A stretch of 59,597 nt of DNA from Octopus bimaculoides (taxonomy: Eukaryota): NCBI RefSeq assembly GCF_001194135.2, contig NC_068999.1, forward strand, positions 11,030,705 to 11,090,301, read 5' to 3'. The notes beneath the pieces are model-generated. The model was not told where the DNA came from and did no database searches. It saw only the letters and a program-made list of their open reading frames with translations. Below, one piece after another: positions 27,890 through 40,100 of the stretch. The position numbers were made by a program, and so were the translations under genes. Numbering within the stretch: the stretch's first letter is position 1; the number at the start of each line of letters is the position of its first letter.

Positions 27890-30659
27890 TGTTTGTGTGC
27901 GTGTACGTGTGTGTGTGTGTGCGTGTGTGTGTGTGTGAGTGTGTGTGTGTGTACATATNNNNNNNNNNNNNNNNNNNNNNNNNNNNNNNNNNNNNNNNNN
28001 NNNNNNNNNNNNNNNNNNNNNNNNNNNNNNNNNNNNNNNNNNNNNNNNNNNNNNNNNNNNNNNNNNNNNNNNNNNNNNNNNNNNNNNNNNNNNNNNNNNN
28101 NNNNNNNNNNNNNNNNNNNNNNNNNNNNNNNNNNNNNNNNNNNNNNNNNNNNNNNNNNNNNNNNNNNNNNNNNNNNNNNNNNNNNNNNNNNNNNNNNNNN
28201 NNNNNNNNNNNNNNNNNNNNNNNNNNNNNNNNNNNNNNNNNNNNNNNNNNNNNNNNNNNNNNNNNNNNNNNNNNNNNNNNNNNNNNNNNNNNNNNNNNNN
28301 NNNNNNNNNNNNNNNNNNNNNNNNNNNNNNNNNNNNNNNNNNNNNNNNNNNNNNNNNNNNNNNNNNNNNNNNNNNNNNNNNNNNNNNNNNNNNNNNNNNN
28401 NNNNNNNNNNNNNNNNNNNNNNNNNNNNNNNNNNNNNNNNNNNNNNNNNNNNNNNNNNNNNNNNNNNNNNNNNNNNNNNNNNNNNNNNNNNNNNNNNNNN
28501 NNNNNNNNNNNNNNNNNNNNNNNNNNNNNNNNNNNNNNNNNNNNNNNNNNNNNNNNNNNNNNNNNNNNNNNNNNNNNNNNNNNNNNNNNNNNNNNNNNNN
28601 NNNNNNNNNNNNNNNNNNNNNNNNNNNNNNNNNNNNNNNNNNNNNNNNNNNNNNNNNNNNNNNNNNNNNNNNNNNNNNNNNNNNNNNNNNNNNNNNNNNN
28701 NNNNNNNNNNNNNNNNNNNNNNNNNNNNNNNNNNNNNNNNNNNNNNNNNNNNNNNNNNNNNNNNNNNNNNNNNNNNNNNNNNNNNNNNNNNNNNNNNNNN
28801 NNNNNNNNNNNNNNNNNNNNNNNNNNNNNNNNNNNNTTTTAAAATTTTCTTTATATATATATTTTTTTTTAATGTGAAAAATATTTTTCATTTGTGGGAA
28901 GTTGAAAGTTTTCTTGCTTTAATTTTTGCTATTGTAGAAGTAAAGTTCCTTACTGTGTGAATATTACTAAAAAAAATAATAAAAAACACCGTTCATACTT
29001 ACACGCAACAAAAAAAAAAAATTCAGTTACAATTGTCGTCTTGCGTAAAGTTTTTAAGTTAAATAAATTTGTTATAATGTGATTACTCTACGTCAGATAA
29101 GATAACGCTTGAAGTGATATCATCGCATGTTATACTATCTGTTATTTAAAACTAAATTTGATGCTATGATATTTCGTTTCGTTCAACACTTAGACGGCCA
29201 TTAACACAAGATAAATTAAGAAAAGTTTTGTACTGTAATTGATCTATGAATGAATGTATGTATGTATGTATATGTGTGTATAGGCGTGTGTGTATATGTG
29301 TGTGTGTCTGTGTTTATATGTGTATATGTACGTATTTGTGTGCGTGTGTGTGTGTGTGTGTGTGTCTTTGTGTGTATGTGCGTGTGTGGGTGCGTGCGTG
29401 TATGTGTCCATGTCTGTGTGTCCGTGTATAGGTCGACTGAAGAAGCGTTGAAAATTTAGCAATTGTAATATAATACAAATATGATTACTCTGCATTCGAT
29501 TAAACTTTTAAACGAAAGGAAAACGAAAGTGGATTGAAAGAGCCGTAACTATGTATAGAGTAGACAATGTAGGACATACAGACAGAATATTGCCTACATA
29601 AATGATACTAATTTTAGCGGAGATATAACGTACAATGAGAAAAATATCATGCTGGAAAATGAGTGTTCTAGTCCTTACACAAATGATGTTGGCATCATTT
29701 TTTAAATCCATAGAAGACTTGGCCCTCGTGCTATCCGCCCTCTACGAAAATCAAACTGAGACACGTAAGAGCATTACGACACAACTACTTTATCGCAACC
29801 GATTCTGCTCTCTTTAAATATTATATCAAAATACATCAAAATGGAAACAGATCCCATAAAATTCAAATGATTTCTGGACAAATTTCTCCCCCAAATCCTG
29901 GACGAACCTCCTACACCCAGACGTATCTTCAACAATAATAACTTTTTTAAGAGAGCGGGCTATGGTGTCCCATATATAACTAAAGTGTGAGACACGATCT
30001 AAAAGTATTCACCAGGTGGTGCCATTTAGTGAGACATGGCCTGGGCCTTATACTGGGCGAACCCTATCTAAGTTAACTTATTCATTTGAATAACCAAGGT
30101 CTCTGAAACATAATAATGGCGGTTTAAACTCCCTAACTTCTCAAAACTGATTTATGATGGAAGAATATAACGTTATATCTCAGCCTTTCTATCCAGAATA
30201 CAATTCATCGATATCTATCAAAGAATAAGCTCGATTCATCTTCATGTTTTATAATTTGACCACTTTGGGAAACAGATTCTCTTACGCTATAGTGTCTTGC
30301 AAAAGTTTAAACAATATTATGTGCATGATTTTAATAAATAATAACATGTTTGTTATTTAGAAAAAAAAAAAAAAATCAGCTTGGTGTTAGCTTGTGGAAT
30401 ATCATTTGAATTCTAGTTTCTACTTTCATATAGAGAGAGGTGTTATATTAATTACCAACGAAATACTATAGTTGTGTATTTGTCACGTTATTTACTCATA
30501 TGATAATAATAAATCCGTATGTCTTCCCGTATCAAGTGGTCGGAAATATTGAGGAAACAATAAAAAAACATTAAAATAATTGTACAATATTATACATAAC
30601 ATATTAAGTCGAGAAAAGTATATCATATTTCAGATTAGATTACACTAACTCTTTGTTTC

Positions 30660-30772
30660 AATTGTCAAAACGTGCGACTATTGTTTGACACAACGCATAT
30701 GTTACTGACATTTTATACTGTCACATTATGTGGTGACATATCGTGCAGCATTGATTGTCTAAAGGTGTCAAA
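30660..30772. promoter_or_regulatory. Candidate homotypic TGACA (Meis/Pknox/TGIF-type) cluster
   Basis: Six TGACA/TGTCA at 30663, 30686, 30706, 30719, 30734 and 30766. Confidence 0.3.
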
Positions 30773-31375
30773 ATATCGCTTGTGCGGCTAATAGTGTCGT
30801 ACAGACACAGATAAAACTGTTTTGGAATATTAATGAAACGCATTCGCTTTTAGCAAGGACGGAAATCTCGAAGACTATGAAAATTATCATGGGTATCTCC
30901 TTTCATCATACAATTATAAAACTTTGGTGTTATTGTTTGGTTAACAACCAAGGAAAAACATAGAGAGTAAAGGAAACATAAGTAGCAGCAAGGGACTCTC
31001 AAGCAATACTTGTCTTCAGAAACAAAGAACTCCTGATGAACGCGAGTTTCGTATCAAATTGTAGTTATGGAAAGAAAATTAACCTGACGAGATTTGAATG
31101 GACAAAATTAGACTGTTCTGTGTGCGGAAGTAAGGCCCATTCGACAGTTTTGTATCCACTGAAACCATAAATAGCAAAGATAGAAACAAACGTAGTCTCC
31201 GAGAAATTCCTCTTTCGATATCAACAACTGCAAGTTCGATTACAGTAATCCCTCTTCGTATCACGGTTCACCTTTCCCGTCTTTTTATTTAAGCTTATGT
31301 CGATATTTCCGTGGTGCTGTTTTACATTTATAATAAAATAAATATATACAAATAACAAAAATAATTTTAAAAAAT

Positions 31376-31525
31376 GTGTGGTAAGTAGCTTGCTTACCAA
31401 CCAAATGGTTCCGGGTTCAGTCCCACTGCATGGCACCTTGGGCAAGTGTCCTCTACTATAGCCACGGGCCGACCAAAGCCTTGTGAGTGGATTTGGTAGA
31501 GGGAAACTGAAAGAAGCCCATCGTA

Positions 31526-31560
<35 letters not shown>

Positions 31561-31632
31561 NNNNNNNNNNNNNNNNNNNNNNNNNNNNNNNNNNNNNNNN
31601 NNNNNNNNNTGTGTGTGTGTGTGTGTGTGTGG

Positions 31633-31667
<35 letters not shown>

Positions 31668-31884
31668 TGTGTCTATGTTTGTCCCCCCCAATATCGCTTG
31701 ACAACCGATGCTGGTGTGTTTACGTCCCCGTAACTTAGTGGTTCGGCAAAAGCGATCGATAGAATACGTACTAGGCTTACAAAGAATAATTCCTGGGGTC
31801 GATTTGCTCGACTAAAGGCGGTGCACCAGCATGGCCACAGCTAAATGACTGAAACAAGTAAAAGAGTAAAAAAGTAAAAGAGTG
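31376..31884 (+). mobile_element. SINE family A, near full length, young
   Basis: gtggtaagtagcttgcttaccaaccaaatggttccgggttcagtcccactg...(TA)n gap (TG)n...gactgaaacaagtaaaagag. Confidence 0.92.
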
Positions 31885-31983
31885 CTCTACTGTTTCTTCT
31901 TCGCGGATTTTCACCTATCGTCGGGAGTTTTGAAACGTAACACCTGTAATTGTCGGGGGATTACTGTATGACCGAAAATTCAC

Positions 31984-32244
31984 CTGCTCTGCATGGCCAA
32001 GTGGCGTTATCGACTCATCTTTTTGTGCACAAGCTTTCTTCAAGAGGTTGCGGAAGGATTTAGCGTTATTTCTTCTTTTACGGTGGATGAGTGTAACGAA
32101 AAACAACGATAACAGTATGGCTATCGGAAGCAAAAACGACCTGGATACTCTGTGGTATTTAGTCTCACTTCTAACATTTTGAGCGCAAATCTTGCTGAAG
32201 TTGACTTTACGTTTCATCGTACTGTACTTGATCAAATAAAGTAC
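31984..32244 (-). CDS. Candidate isolated coding exon (87 codons, one predicted transmembrane helix), unidentified
   Basis: Open frame bounded by tttcacag|GTA and CAG|gtgaat, phase 0/0; peptide includes SFLLPIAILLSLFFVTLI-HRKRR. No homology recognised; polypyrimidine tract weak. Confidence 0.22.
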
Positions 32245-32274
32245 CTGTGAAATACCATTATACTGGAGCGAGCT

Positions 32275-32444
32275 GTAATCGATTACATCGAATCCTGTTT
32301 AGCTGGTACTGAATTTATCGACCCCATAAGGATGGAAGGCAAAGTCGACTTCAGCTGAATTTGAACTCAGAACGTCAAGACGGACGAAATACTGCTAAGC
32401 ATATTGCCCACAGTGCTAGCTATTTTCCCAAGTCGCTACCTTAC
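32275..32444 (-). mobile_element. SINE family B
   Basis: atcgattacatcg...tttatcgaccccataaggatggaaggcaaagtcgac...tttgaactcagaacg. Confidence 0.85.
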
Positions 32445-32501
32445 ACTCAGCAATAATAATAATAATAATTTCTACTATAGGCATTGTTGTTTTTGTTATT
32501 G

Positions 32502-32545
<44 letters not shown>

Positions 32546-32546
32546 G

Positions 32547-32912
32547 TTCAGTAGTTTTATTTTTATAACGTGCTTTCACTTCACTACCGAGCGCAGATCT
32601 GTGGGCCTTGGGTATGTGCTGTAGTTTGCTGTGATGCTCTTATGGTTACTGTATTGAAAGTGTTTTGCGTAGGATGTGTGCAGTGCCCAGTAGTGCAATT
32701 TTCTGTATGTTATATATGTTTGTAAGTCCTGGTGTTTTTGTTATGTATTTGTCTGAATATTTTTTTTATTATACCTAAGGCACCTACTATGATAGGAATT
32801 GTTTCTGTTTTTAGATTCCACATTCGATTCATCTCTATTTCCAGGTCTTTGTATTTTGAAAGTTTTTCCATTTCTTTTAGGGAAACGTTGTCATCTGCTG
32901 GTTTTGATACAT
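32547..32912 (-). mobile_element. 5'-truncated RLE-type non-LTR retrotransposon (R4/Dong-like): endonuclease C-terminus and 3' UTR
   Basis: Minus-strand peptide NVSKPADDNVSLKEMEKLSKYKDLEIEMNRMWNLKTETIPIIVGALGIIKK, one-base frameshift, then YSDKYITKTPGLTNIYNIQKIALLGTAHILRKTLSIQ* (stop at 32648-32646). The K..KY.DL and IPI.VGALG motifs are typical of R4-clade restriction-like endonucleases. Confidence 0.85.
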
Positions 32913-32929
32913 TAATATTATTATTACTA

Positions 32930-33120
32930 AGGCGGCGAGGTGGTAGAATCGTTAGCACAACAGATGAAATGAGTAGTGGTATTTCTTCCGTCGCTACTTT
33001 CTGAATTCAAATTCCACCAGGGTCGACTTTGCTTTTCACCCTTCCTGGATCGATGAATTAAATACCAGTGAAATACTGCGGTGGATGTAATCGATTAGTC
33101 CCCCCACCCACCCAAAATGG
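32930..33120 (+). mobile_element. SINE family B
   Basis: aggcggcgaggtggtagaatcgttagcac...ttcaaattccaccagggtcgactttgc. Confidence 0.85.
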
Positions 33121-33354
33121 CAGCAACTAGCCCTCTTCTACTCAAATTGTTTGGGTTTAAATCCGAATCAGACACCGTAGTTAGCATTGGAAGACAATAT
33201 CTGCATTACGAGGAAGGAAAATGTGTTTCTTTTTCCACGATACGACCCATCTAATTGAATTGTTCTTTTCCCCATCATATAAACAGACAGATTGCATTTG
33301 CGCTGCTGAGATGACCTTTGTGATATCAATTTAGAAATGTGATAGGATTAGCGG

Positions 33355-33667
33355 GATTGGTGTTGTTGATAGTAGCGATGGCAATTGTAGGAGTAGGAGT
33401 GAGGTTTATGACATAGGGGATTATTAGTATTATACGTGGGTACTATCGTAATGGTTGCGATGGTTTTTGTGATGATGTAGATGCTGGTGATGATGGTGGT
33501 AGTTGCGGTAGCTGTAGTGAGTAGGATGGTGTCGACCCATAGTTGGTTAAGCAACGTGGTGGTTGTACGTGTGATGATGGTATAGGCGTTTCTTCCTATG
33601 CTGTTGTTATTTATATTAGTGTTGGTTATGGTGGCAATGGTAGTACTAGGAGTGACACTGGTGGCGT

Positions 33668-33700
<33 letters not shown>

Positions 33701-34270
33701 ACTATGAACCGGTGGTAGTGGTGATAACATTAAAAACACTATGCTGGTAACGATGGCGGCGGTTCTGATCGAAATGATGGGGAAGGTGTCAAATGATGAT
33801 GATAAAAATTGGAATGATTTTCTTGGAGAGCAGGAATTACGATGGTGGTGGTAAAGCTGGTAGTATTCTGCAATCGTGGAGGCGGTGACCATGCTGGTTA
33901 CGGTTGTGATGGTGGCATTGATATTGTTGTTGTTGTTGTTGGTGGTGGTAGTGGTGGTGGTTGTAGCGTAGCTTGTGGCGGCGATTTCGGTAATAAAATC
34001 CGATGAGATTGTTCTTCTAACGGTGATAGAATCGGATTTGATACTGATGCTGTTGATAACCAGGTGGCGGTGCTAGTTGCGGTGGTGATGCTGGTAGTAA
34101 CGGTGAGGAATATGGTGGTGGTAGCGGTGCTACCGTAAATGACATCGTGTTGATAGCCTTAGCAGCACTGGTGATAGTCATTGTCGTGTTTATGTCCACG
34201 ACTGTTTTAGCGTTAATGGTGACAGTAATGGCGTTGGTGGTAGTGGTGGTGGTGGTGGTGGTGGTGGCTT
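33355..34270. repeat. About 900-bp cryptically simple GNT/GGT trinucleotide tract
   Basis: Mixed ggt/gat/gtt/agt triplets with a pure (AGT)n core. Confidence 0.8.
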
Positions 34271-34617
34271 TGGAGGTGTGGTTCCTGCGGTAGATCGCCT
34301 TGGGGATACTTTGATGAGCTCATGATACTATGACCAATTGGTGGCAAATTGCGAGCTGCCATATTGATCCCTCCCCTCACCATATCCACACATATTCACA
34401 CTCTTTTCTCTTTTTTTATGGCCCCTTCCAACAGCTCCCTAATTTACTAGCTAATTTACTCCGATAGTGTCTGTATATGTCCTAATTTATTAGGATGATT
34501 TGGGGAAAGGGATACGGAATCGGGGTCGGACCGAATAACACGATGTCGCACGGAAGGCGAGGAAGAAAAAGAAAGGTATACGTGCAAGCGTGAATATATA
34601 TATATATAAATATATGC

Positions 34618-34661
<44 letters not shown>

Positions 34662-35437
34662 GATTATATGTATTCCTATATATATGTATGTTAATATGTA
34701 TATATAAATGTATATGAGTGTGTGTGTGTGAGTGCATGTGTGCAAATGTAAATGTGGTTTATGTGCATTGATGCATGTATACGTATGCATGTGTCTGTAT
34801 TTGTATGGAAGTCTGAAAGGATGATTTTTAGAAACTTTTATCTCTGTTTTAAATGGAGGTTATTAAGATAGATTGATGAACTGTGATATTGTAGAGCAGA
34901 TGTAACGTCTGAAACTGCAAGAAGGTAACATAGATAAATTGATAAGCAAATTGATAAATGTGTATTTCCGCGCGCGCGCGCGTTTGTGTGTGTGTGTGCG
35001 TGTGTGGTGCGTGAGTGTGTGTGTGTCTCTGTGTGTGTGTTTGTGTGTGTTGTGCGCGTGTTTGTGAGTGAATGTATGTGATCACATGCAGAAATAAATA
35101 GCGATACTTCGATAGATAGATATATAGATAGATACAAACATACATACATACATACGTACGTACATACATACATACATACATGCATGCATGCATGCGCACA
35201 TTATACATATGTTACACATACAAGCAGGGGCCAGATATATTGATAACGAGAGAGCAAAGAGCCGACAGACAATCAGATAATGGAGACAAAGATATTAGAT
35301 AGAGAGAGAGTGAGTGAGAGAGAGAGAGAGAGATTAAGAAAAAAGAAGGTAAAATGAAGATATGGAAAAAAGAAAAAAAAAACATGCAAAATGACTCGTA
35401 GATTTATATCCGAAGAGTGAAAGATGAATAGATAAAC

Positions 35438-35476
<39 letters not shown>

Positions 35477-35895
35477 GGAGGCGAGGGAGATAGAAACACG
35501 AATGGAGAAAGGGAAAGACAAGAAGGTTACTATGTAAAAAAGACAGTGAAGAATTACTTGATTAGGATCAAATATCATAGCGGCCAACCGACGTCGCTGT
35601 ATCCTGTCAGAATTATCTACACTTGCCTTCACCCCTTTATCTTTCATTTAATCTATTACTTTAGCCTTTCATTTAATTACTTTTACATTTGATTTCCTTT
35701 TTCTTTTCAGTTGTTCTTAAACATTATTTTTCTTCTTATTTTTTTTTTGTTATTTGATATTGAATTGATATTTATTTAAAGGAGCATGCTGGTGTTATAT
35801 TTGTTGATTCTGTTCTTATATTTCTTTATATTTCAGATGTAATCTTTCGCTATATCCTTTTTATTTTTCTACTCTTTCCTTTTAAAAAAAAAAGA

Positions 35896-35928
<33 letters not shown>

Positions 35929-36135
35929 GGTGACGAGCTGCCAGAATCGTTAGTACGCATTATTTCGCCCGTCGCTTCTTTCAGAGTTCAAATTCTGCCG
36001 AGGTCGATTTTTGCCTTTCATCCTTTCGGGGTTGATAAATGAAGTACCAGTGAAACACTGGGGTTGATGTAATCTCCTAGTCCCCTCCACTCGGATTTCT
36101 GGTCTTTGTACCTATAGCAGAAGAGATTATTATTA
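35929..36135 (+). mobile_element. SINE family B, flanked by (ATT)n on both sides
   Basis: ggtgacgagctgccagaatcgttag...gagttcaaattctgccgaggtcg...gcctttcatcctttcggggttgataaatgaagtaccag...gattattatt. Confidence 0.9.
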
Positions 36136-36207
36136 ATATTATTCTTTTATCTTCTTCTTATTTTGTTAGTCGTGTTAACACACAAAACCCTCACAACAAC
36201 ACAAACT

Positions 36208-36267
<60 letters not shown>

Positions 36268-36365
36268 TTCTTTGCTTTGACCTGTACTGTCCATAATGTT
36301 TCTCTTAATGTAAACCCCTGTGATTAATAAAGAAATCATTATTAACAAAACAGAAATCATAGTTT

Positions 36366-36421
<56 letters not shown>

Positions 36422-36927
36422 GTTATTATTGTCTTGTTCTGGTTTTGTTGCTGCTTCTGTGTTATTATCACTGATATAGTTCATTCACAGTGGGAAAATC
36501 TGATGGTGTCATAAAAGAAAATAAATGCGAAGAATTAAAAACAAAATTAAAAAAAGCAACTCCGACTCCATCACACCTTTCACCGCTAAGCCCCCTAATC
36601 CATCATCAACAGAAACAAGCAAAAAGAAATAATAATAATGATAATAAATAATAATAATAATTACAGTGTTGTGTTTGTGGTTCTTGATGTCAATGTAAAC
36701 AACATGAAATCTGTTGTAATTCAATACATCCATTCTGTGGTGTAAGGAGCGTTTTATCGAAGACAGCGCCCAACCTCATTGCAGTAATCGACAAACTGCA
36801 GCCACATTTCGTAACACAGCTGTAGACATTACATTGTCATTGTTACTGTTGTCGTTGTTGTTTATATTTTTGTTTAGCCACAGGTTTACCTTACGTGGAT
36901 AGTCATTAACTGAAAGTCGGTCCACAG

Positions 36928-37167
36928 ATTTCTTATTTCTTTACTACCCACAAGGGACTACACGCAGAGGGGACAAACAAGGACATACAAACGGATTAAG
37001 TCGATTACATCGACCCCAGTGCATAACTGGTACTTTATTTATCGACCCCGAAAAGATGAAAGGCAAAGCCGACCTCGTCGGAATTTGAACTCAGAACGTA
37101 ACGGACTACGAAATACCGCTAAGCATTTCGCCCGGTGTGCTAACGTCTCTGCCAGCTCGCCGCCTTA
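36928..37167 (-). mobile_element. SINE family B, full length, young
   Basis: Complete head (taaggcggcgagctggcagag...gttctgagttcaaattcc), central gcctttcatcttttcggggtcgataaa block and tail. The central block resembles, from memory, the Meta domain of metazoan SINEs (unverified). Confidence 0.92.
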
Positions 37168-37319
37168 ATTTCCAAAGATTCCTAGCCTGTCGCATACGTA
37201 GATATTTTACAAAATATTTTCCAATAGATACCTGCAATCTTCATCGGGACTTTTAGTGGTAACTGTTGTTCAAATATTACAGCAATTACAGTCGTGGCCA
37301 AAAATTTTGAACGAGTGAA

Positions 37320-37714
37320 TGTGCGGTAAGTAGCTTGCTTACCAATCACATGGTTCTGGGTTCAGTCCCACTGCGTGGCACCTTGGGCAAATGTATTCTA
37401 CTATTGCCTCGGGCCGACCAAAGCCTTCTGAGTGGATTTGGTAGACGGAAACTGAAAGAAGCACGTTGTATATATGTATATATATGTATGTATGTGTGTT
37501 TGTGTGTCTTTGTTTGTCTTCCAATCATCGCTTGGCAACTGATGCTGGTGTGTTTACGTCCCCGTAACCTAGCGGTTCGGCAAAAGGAGACCGATAGAAT
37601 AAGTATTAGGCTTACAAAAATAAGTCCTGGGGTCGATTTGCTCGACTAAACGTGGTGCTGTAGCATGGCCGCAGTCTAATGACTGAAACAAGTAAAAGAG
37701 TAAAAGAGAAAAGA
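37320..37714 (+). mobile_element. SINE family A, ungapped near-complete copy
   Basis: Head, short internal TA/TG tract (about 37467-37505), 3' half and agtaaaag tail. Confidence 0.92.
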
Positions 37715-37828
37715 GAGAGTATGCACAAGTAACATTCTATTCAAATATAGTCAACAGAGATATATACTTACATATTAACTGGTCTAATGGTTCAATTCTA
37801 ATTTTCAGACCTATGTTATAATATATTA

Positions 37829-38800
37829 CACTCGACAAAAACGATTTTGCTACGGGAGTAAAAGCATGTGTTTTAGACTAATTCGAAAATACTGATTCCG
37901 AATCCACACTCAGAATTATTCTAGCAAGTTAGGACTTGCTAGAATAATAACTTGCTAGTTATGCGCTAGATTATAACTATACTTTCGGGTAGATATAGGC
38001 CGTATTATAAAATTTGCTAAAATGAAAGCGGTCTTAATTAAAAATTCAAGAAATAACTACAATGAAAGAAACGGTGAGAAAGTTTATTATTTAGTTCAGG
38101 AATGGTGCACGCGGATAATACGTCAGTTTGTTCTTGGTGACTCTCAGTATCTTTTACGCTGCCGTCACGTGTGGTATGGGTATCTCTCGCTCTGCGTGAT
38201 TACTGTTTTAACTGTGTTCATTGTGCTAGGTCATGGATAGGATTCACCCAGACAGCTTTGGTGGAAAATTTGCTTCGCGTCACCAGCAGAAGAACATTGC
38301 CACCAAATTAAAAACTACATATCAATATCATTTCGGGAGCATAAGTATTATTTCTGGTGGAAAGAGGTGGGCACCTCATATATGCTGCACCGTGCAGGAC
38401 TTACACAGTGGCTGAATGGAAAACGGAAAGGTGGGCCTTTTGGTATGGCGTGAACCAACCAATTCTCTCTCTGGCTGTTACTTTTGCTTGACTAATATTA
38501 CAGGTTTCTCCAAAACACAAATCAATACAAAAATTGTGTATGCATATTGCAAATCGTCACTAAAACCGCTCCCACATAACTTAGAGAAACCTGTCCCAGT
38601 TCCCTTCTCACATGATTCACTTGAAGACCTCGACACGTAGGACGATGAACCCCCGATTCTCTTATCGACGAAGAGTACCCCGTTAATTCTAAGAAAAATG
38701 AACCACGTTTGTTTAATCAAGAAGATTTGAACGATGTATTAAGAGACCTAGCATTGTTAAAGGAAAAGGCAAAAGTTTCGGTTTCACTTTCAAGTTAGAC
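37829..38800 (+). mobile_element. Chapaev3-like DNA transposon, left end plus N-terminal transposase pseudogene
   Basis: Peptides HPDSF...WAPHICC (38233-38415), WREPTN..SGCYFCLTNITGFS...KPLPH..EKPVPVP (38416-38640) and NEPRLFNQEDLNDVLRDLALLKEKA after a frameshift match the Cys-rich N-terminus recalled for Chapaev3 transposases. Putative CAC terminus at 37829; subterminal hairpin 37915-37948. Confidence 0.65.
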
Positions 38801-38960
38801 TTGAAGAAGTGAATGAGAGCTCTACCAAAGAGGGAAATATCTGTCTTCCTGTATATTTGACTTCAGGCGATGTATGAGCTGAGCCATAGCAAGCTTCAGT
38901 ATGGTTCTATCAGTTTTAATGATCTCATTGAAGACCCTTTTATGTTAAATTTCAAGTTCA

Positions 38961-39165
38961 GAGCTGCCCTAGCAGCATGTTCTAAACACTATGTTCGTCT
39001 GTCTTTGAGTTCTGAGTTCAAATTCTTCCGAGGTCAACTTGGCCTTTCATCATTTGGAGCTCGATAAATTAAATACCATTGCAACCTTGGGGTTGATGCA
39101 ATCGGCCTGTCCTCTCCCCCAAAATTTTAGGCTTCATGCCTTTAGGAGAAAGGATTATTATTATT
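38961..39165 (+). mobile_element. SINE family B with (ATT)n tail
   Basis: gttctgagttcaaattcttccgaggtcaacttggcctttcatc...gaaaggattattatt. Confidence 0.85.
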
Positions 39166-39170
39166 ATTAT

Positions 39171-39377
39171 TCAGTAGTTTTATTTTTGTAACGTGCTTTC
39201 ACTTCACTACCAAGCGCAGCTCTGTGTGCCTTGGATATGTGCTGTGGTTTGCTGTGATGCTCTTATGGTTACTGTATTGAAAGTGTTTTGCGTAGGATGT
39301 GTGCAGTGCCCAGTAGTGCAATGTTCTGTATGTTACATATACTTGTATGTCCTGGTGTTTTTGTTATGCATTTGTCT
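39171..39377 (-). mobile_element. Second 5'-truncated R4/Dong-like LINE fragment
   Basis: Highly similar to 32547-32750; encodes ...NIQNIALLGTAHILRKTLSIQ*; embedded in (ATT)n on both sides. Confidence 0.88.
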
Positions 39378-39384
39378 TATTATT

Positions 39385-39443
<59 letters not shown>

Positions 39444-39866
39444 TATTATTATTACGAAAGTGTGGGCTGGCAGTGTCGTTAGCACGTTCAAATAAAGGCG
39501 TTTATAAAATAAGAACAGCGTGGTATATGTCATCGATCTCTCCTCCCCTCAAAAGCAACTGACCCTGTACCAAAAATTTGGAACCATTGTCAGTATTGGA
39601 GGTGTTGTTGTTCATGTTGCTTCTGTTGTTTTGTCTCATCACGTCACTTTATGATGAGAAATATGAAACCGATTTTATTTGCAATTTGGGAAATGATTTA
39701 ATACATCACGGTTAAGAAATAATACGCGATGAAACAATTGTTACTATTTCTAATGATTCATTTAGTGGACTTACTTGAACCTCAGCTCAGAAAAGGAAGT
39801 AGAAAATCATATAGGCTATGCAATGGACTGCTTTTAGAAAGCACACGTTCGGAATCTATAAAACAG

Positions 39867-39931
<65 letters not shown>

Positions 39932-40024
39932 ATTGTTTATCTGTTTGTCTGTCTGTCTGCTAGTCTGTATCTCTCTCTCTTTCTATCTATGTATCTATCT
40001 ATCTATCTCTTTTTCTGTGTATGA

Positions 40025-40057
<33 letters not shown>

Positions 40058-40100
40058 CGTATCTACCTACCTACCTACCTACCTACCTACCTACCTATCT
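39867..40100. repeat. (TATC)n-(TATG)n-(TACC)n compound tetranucleotide array
   Basis: Direct reading. Confidence 0.9.
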
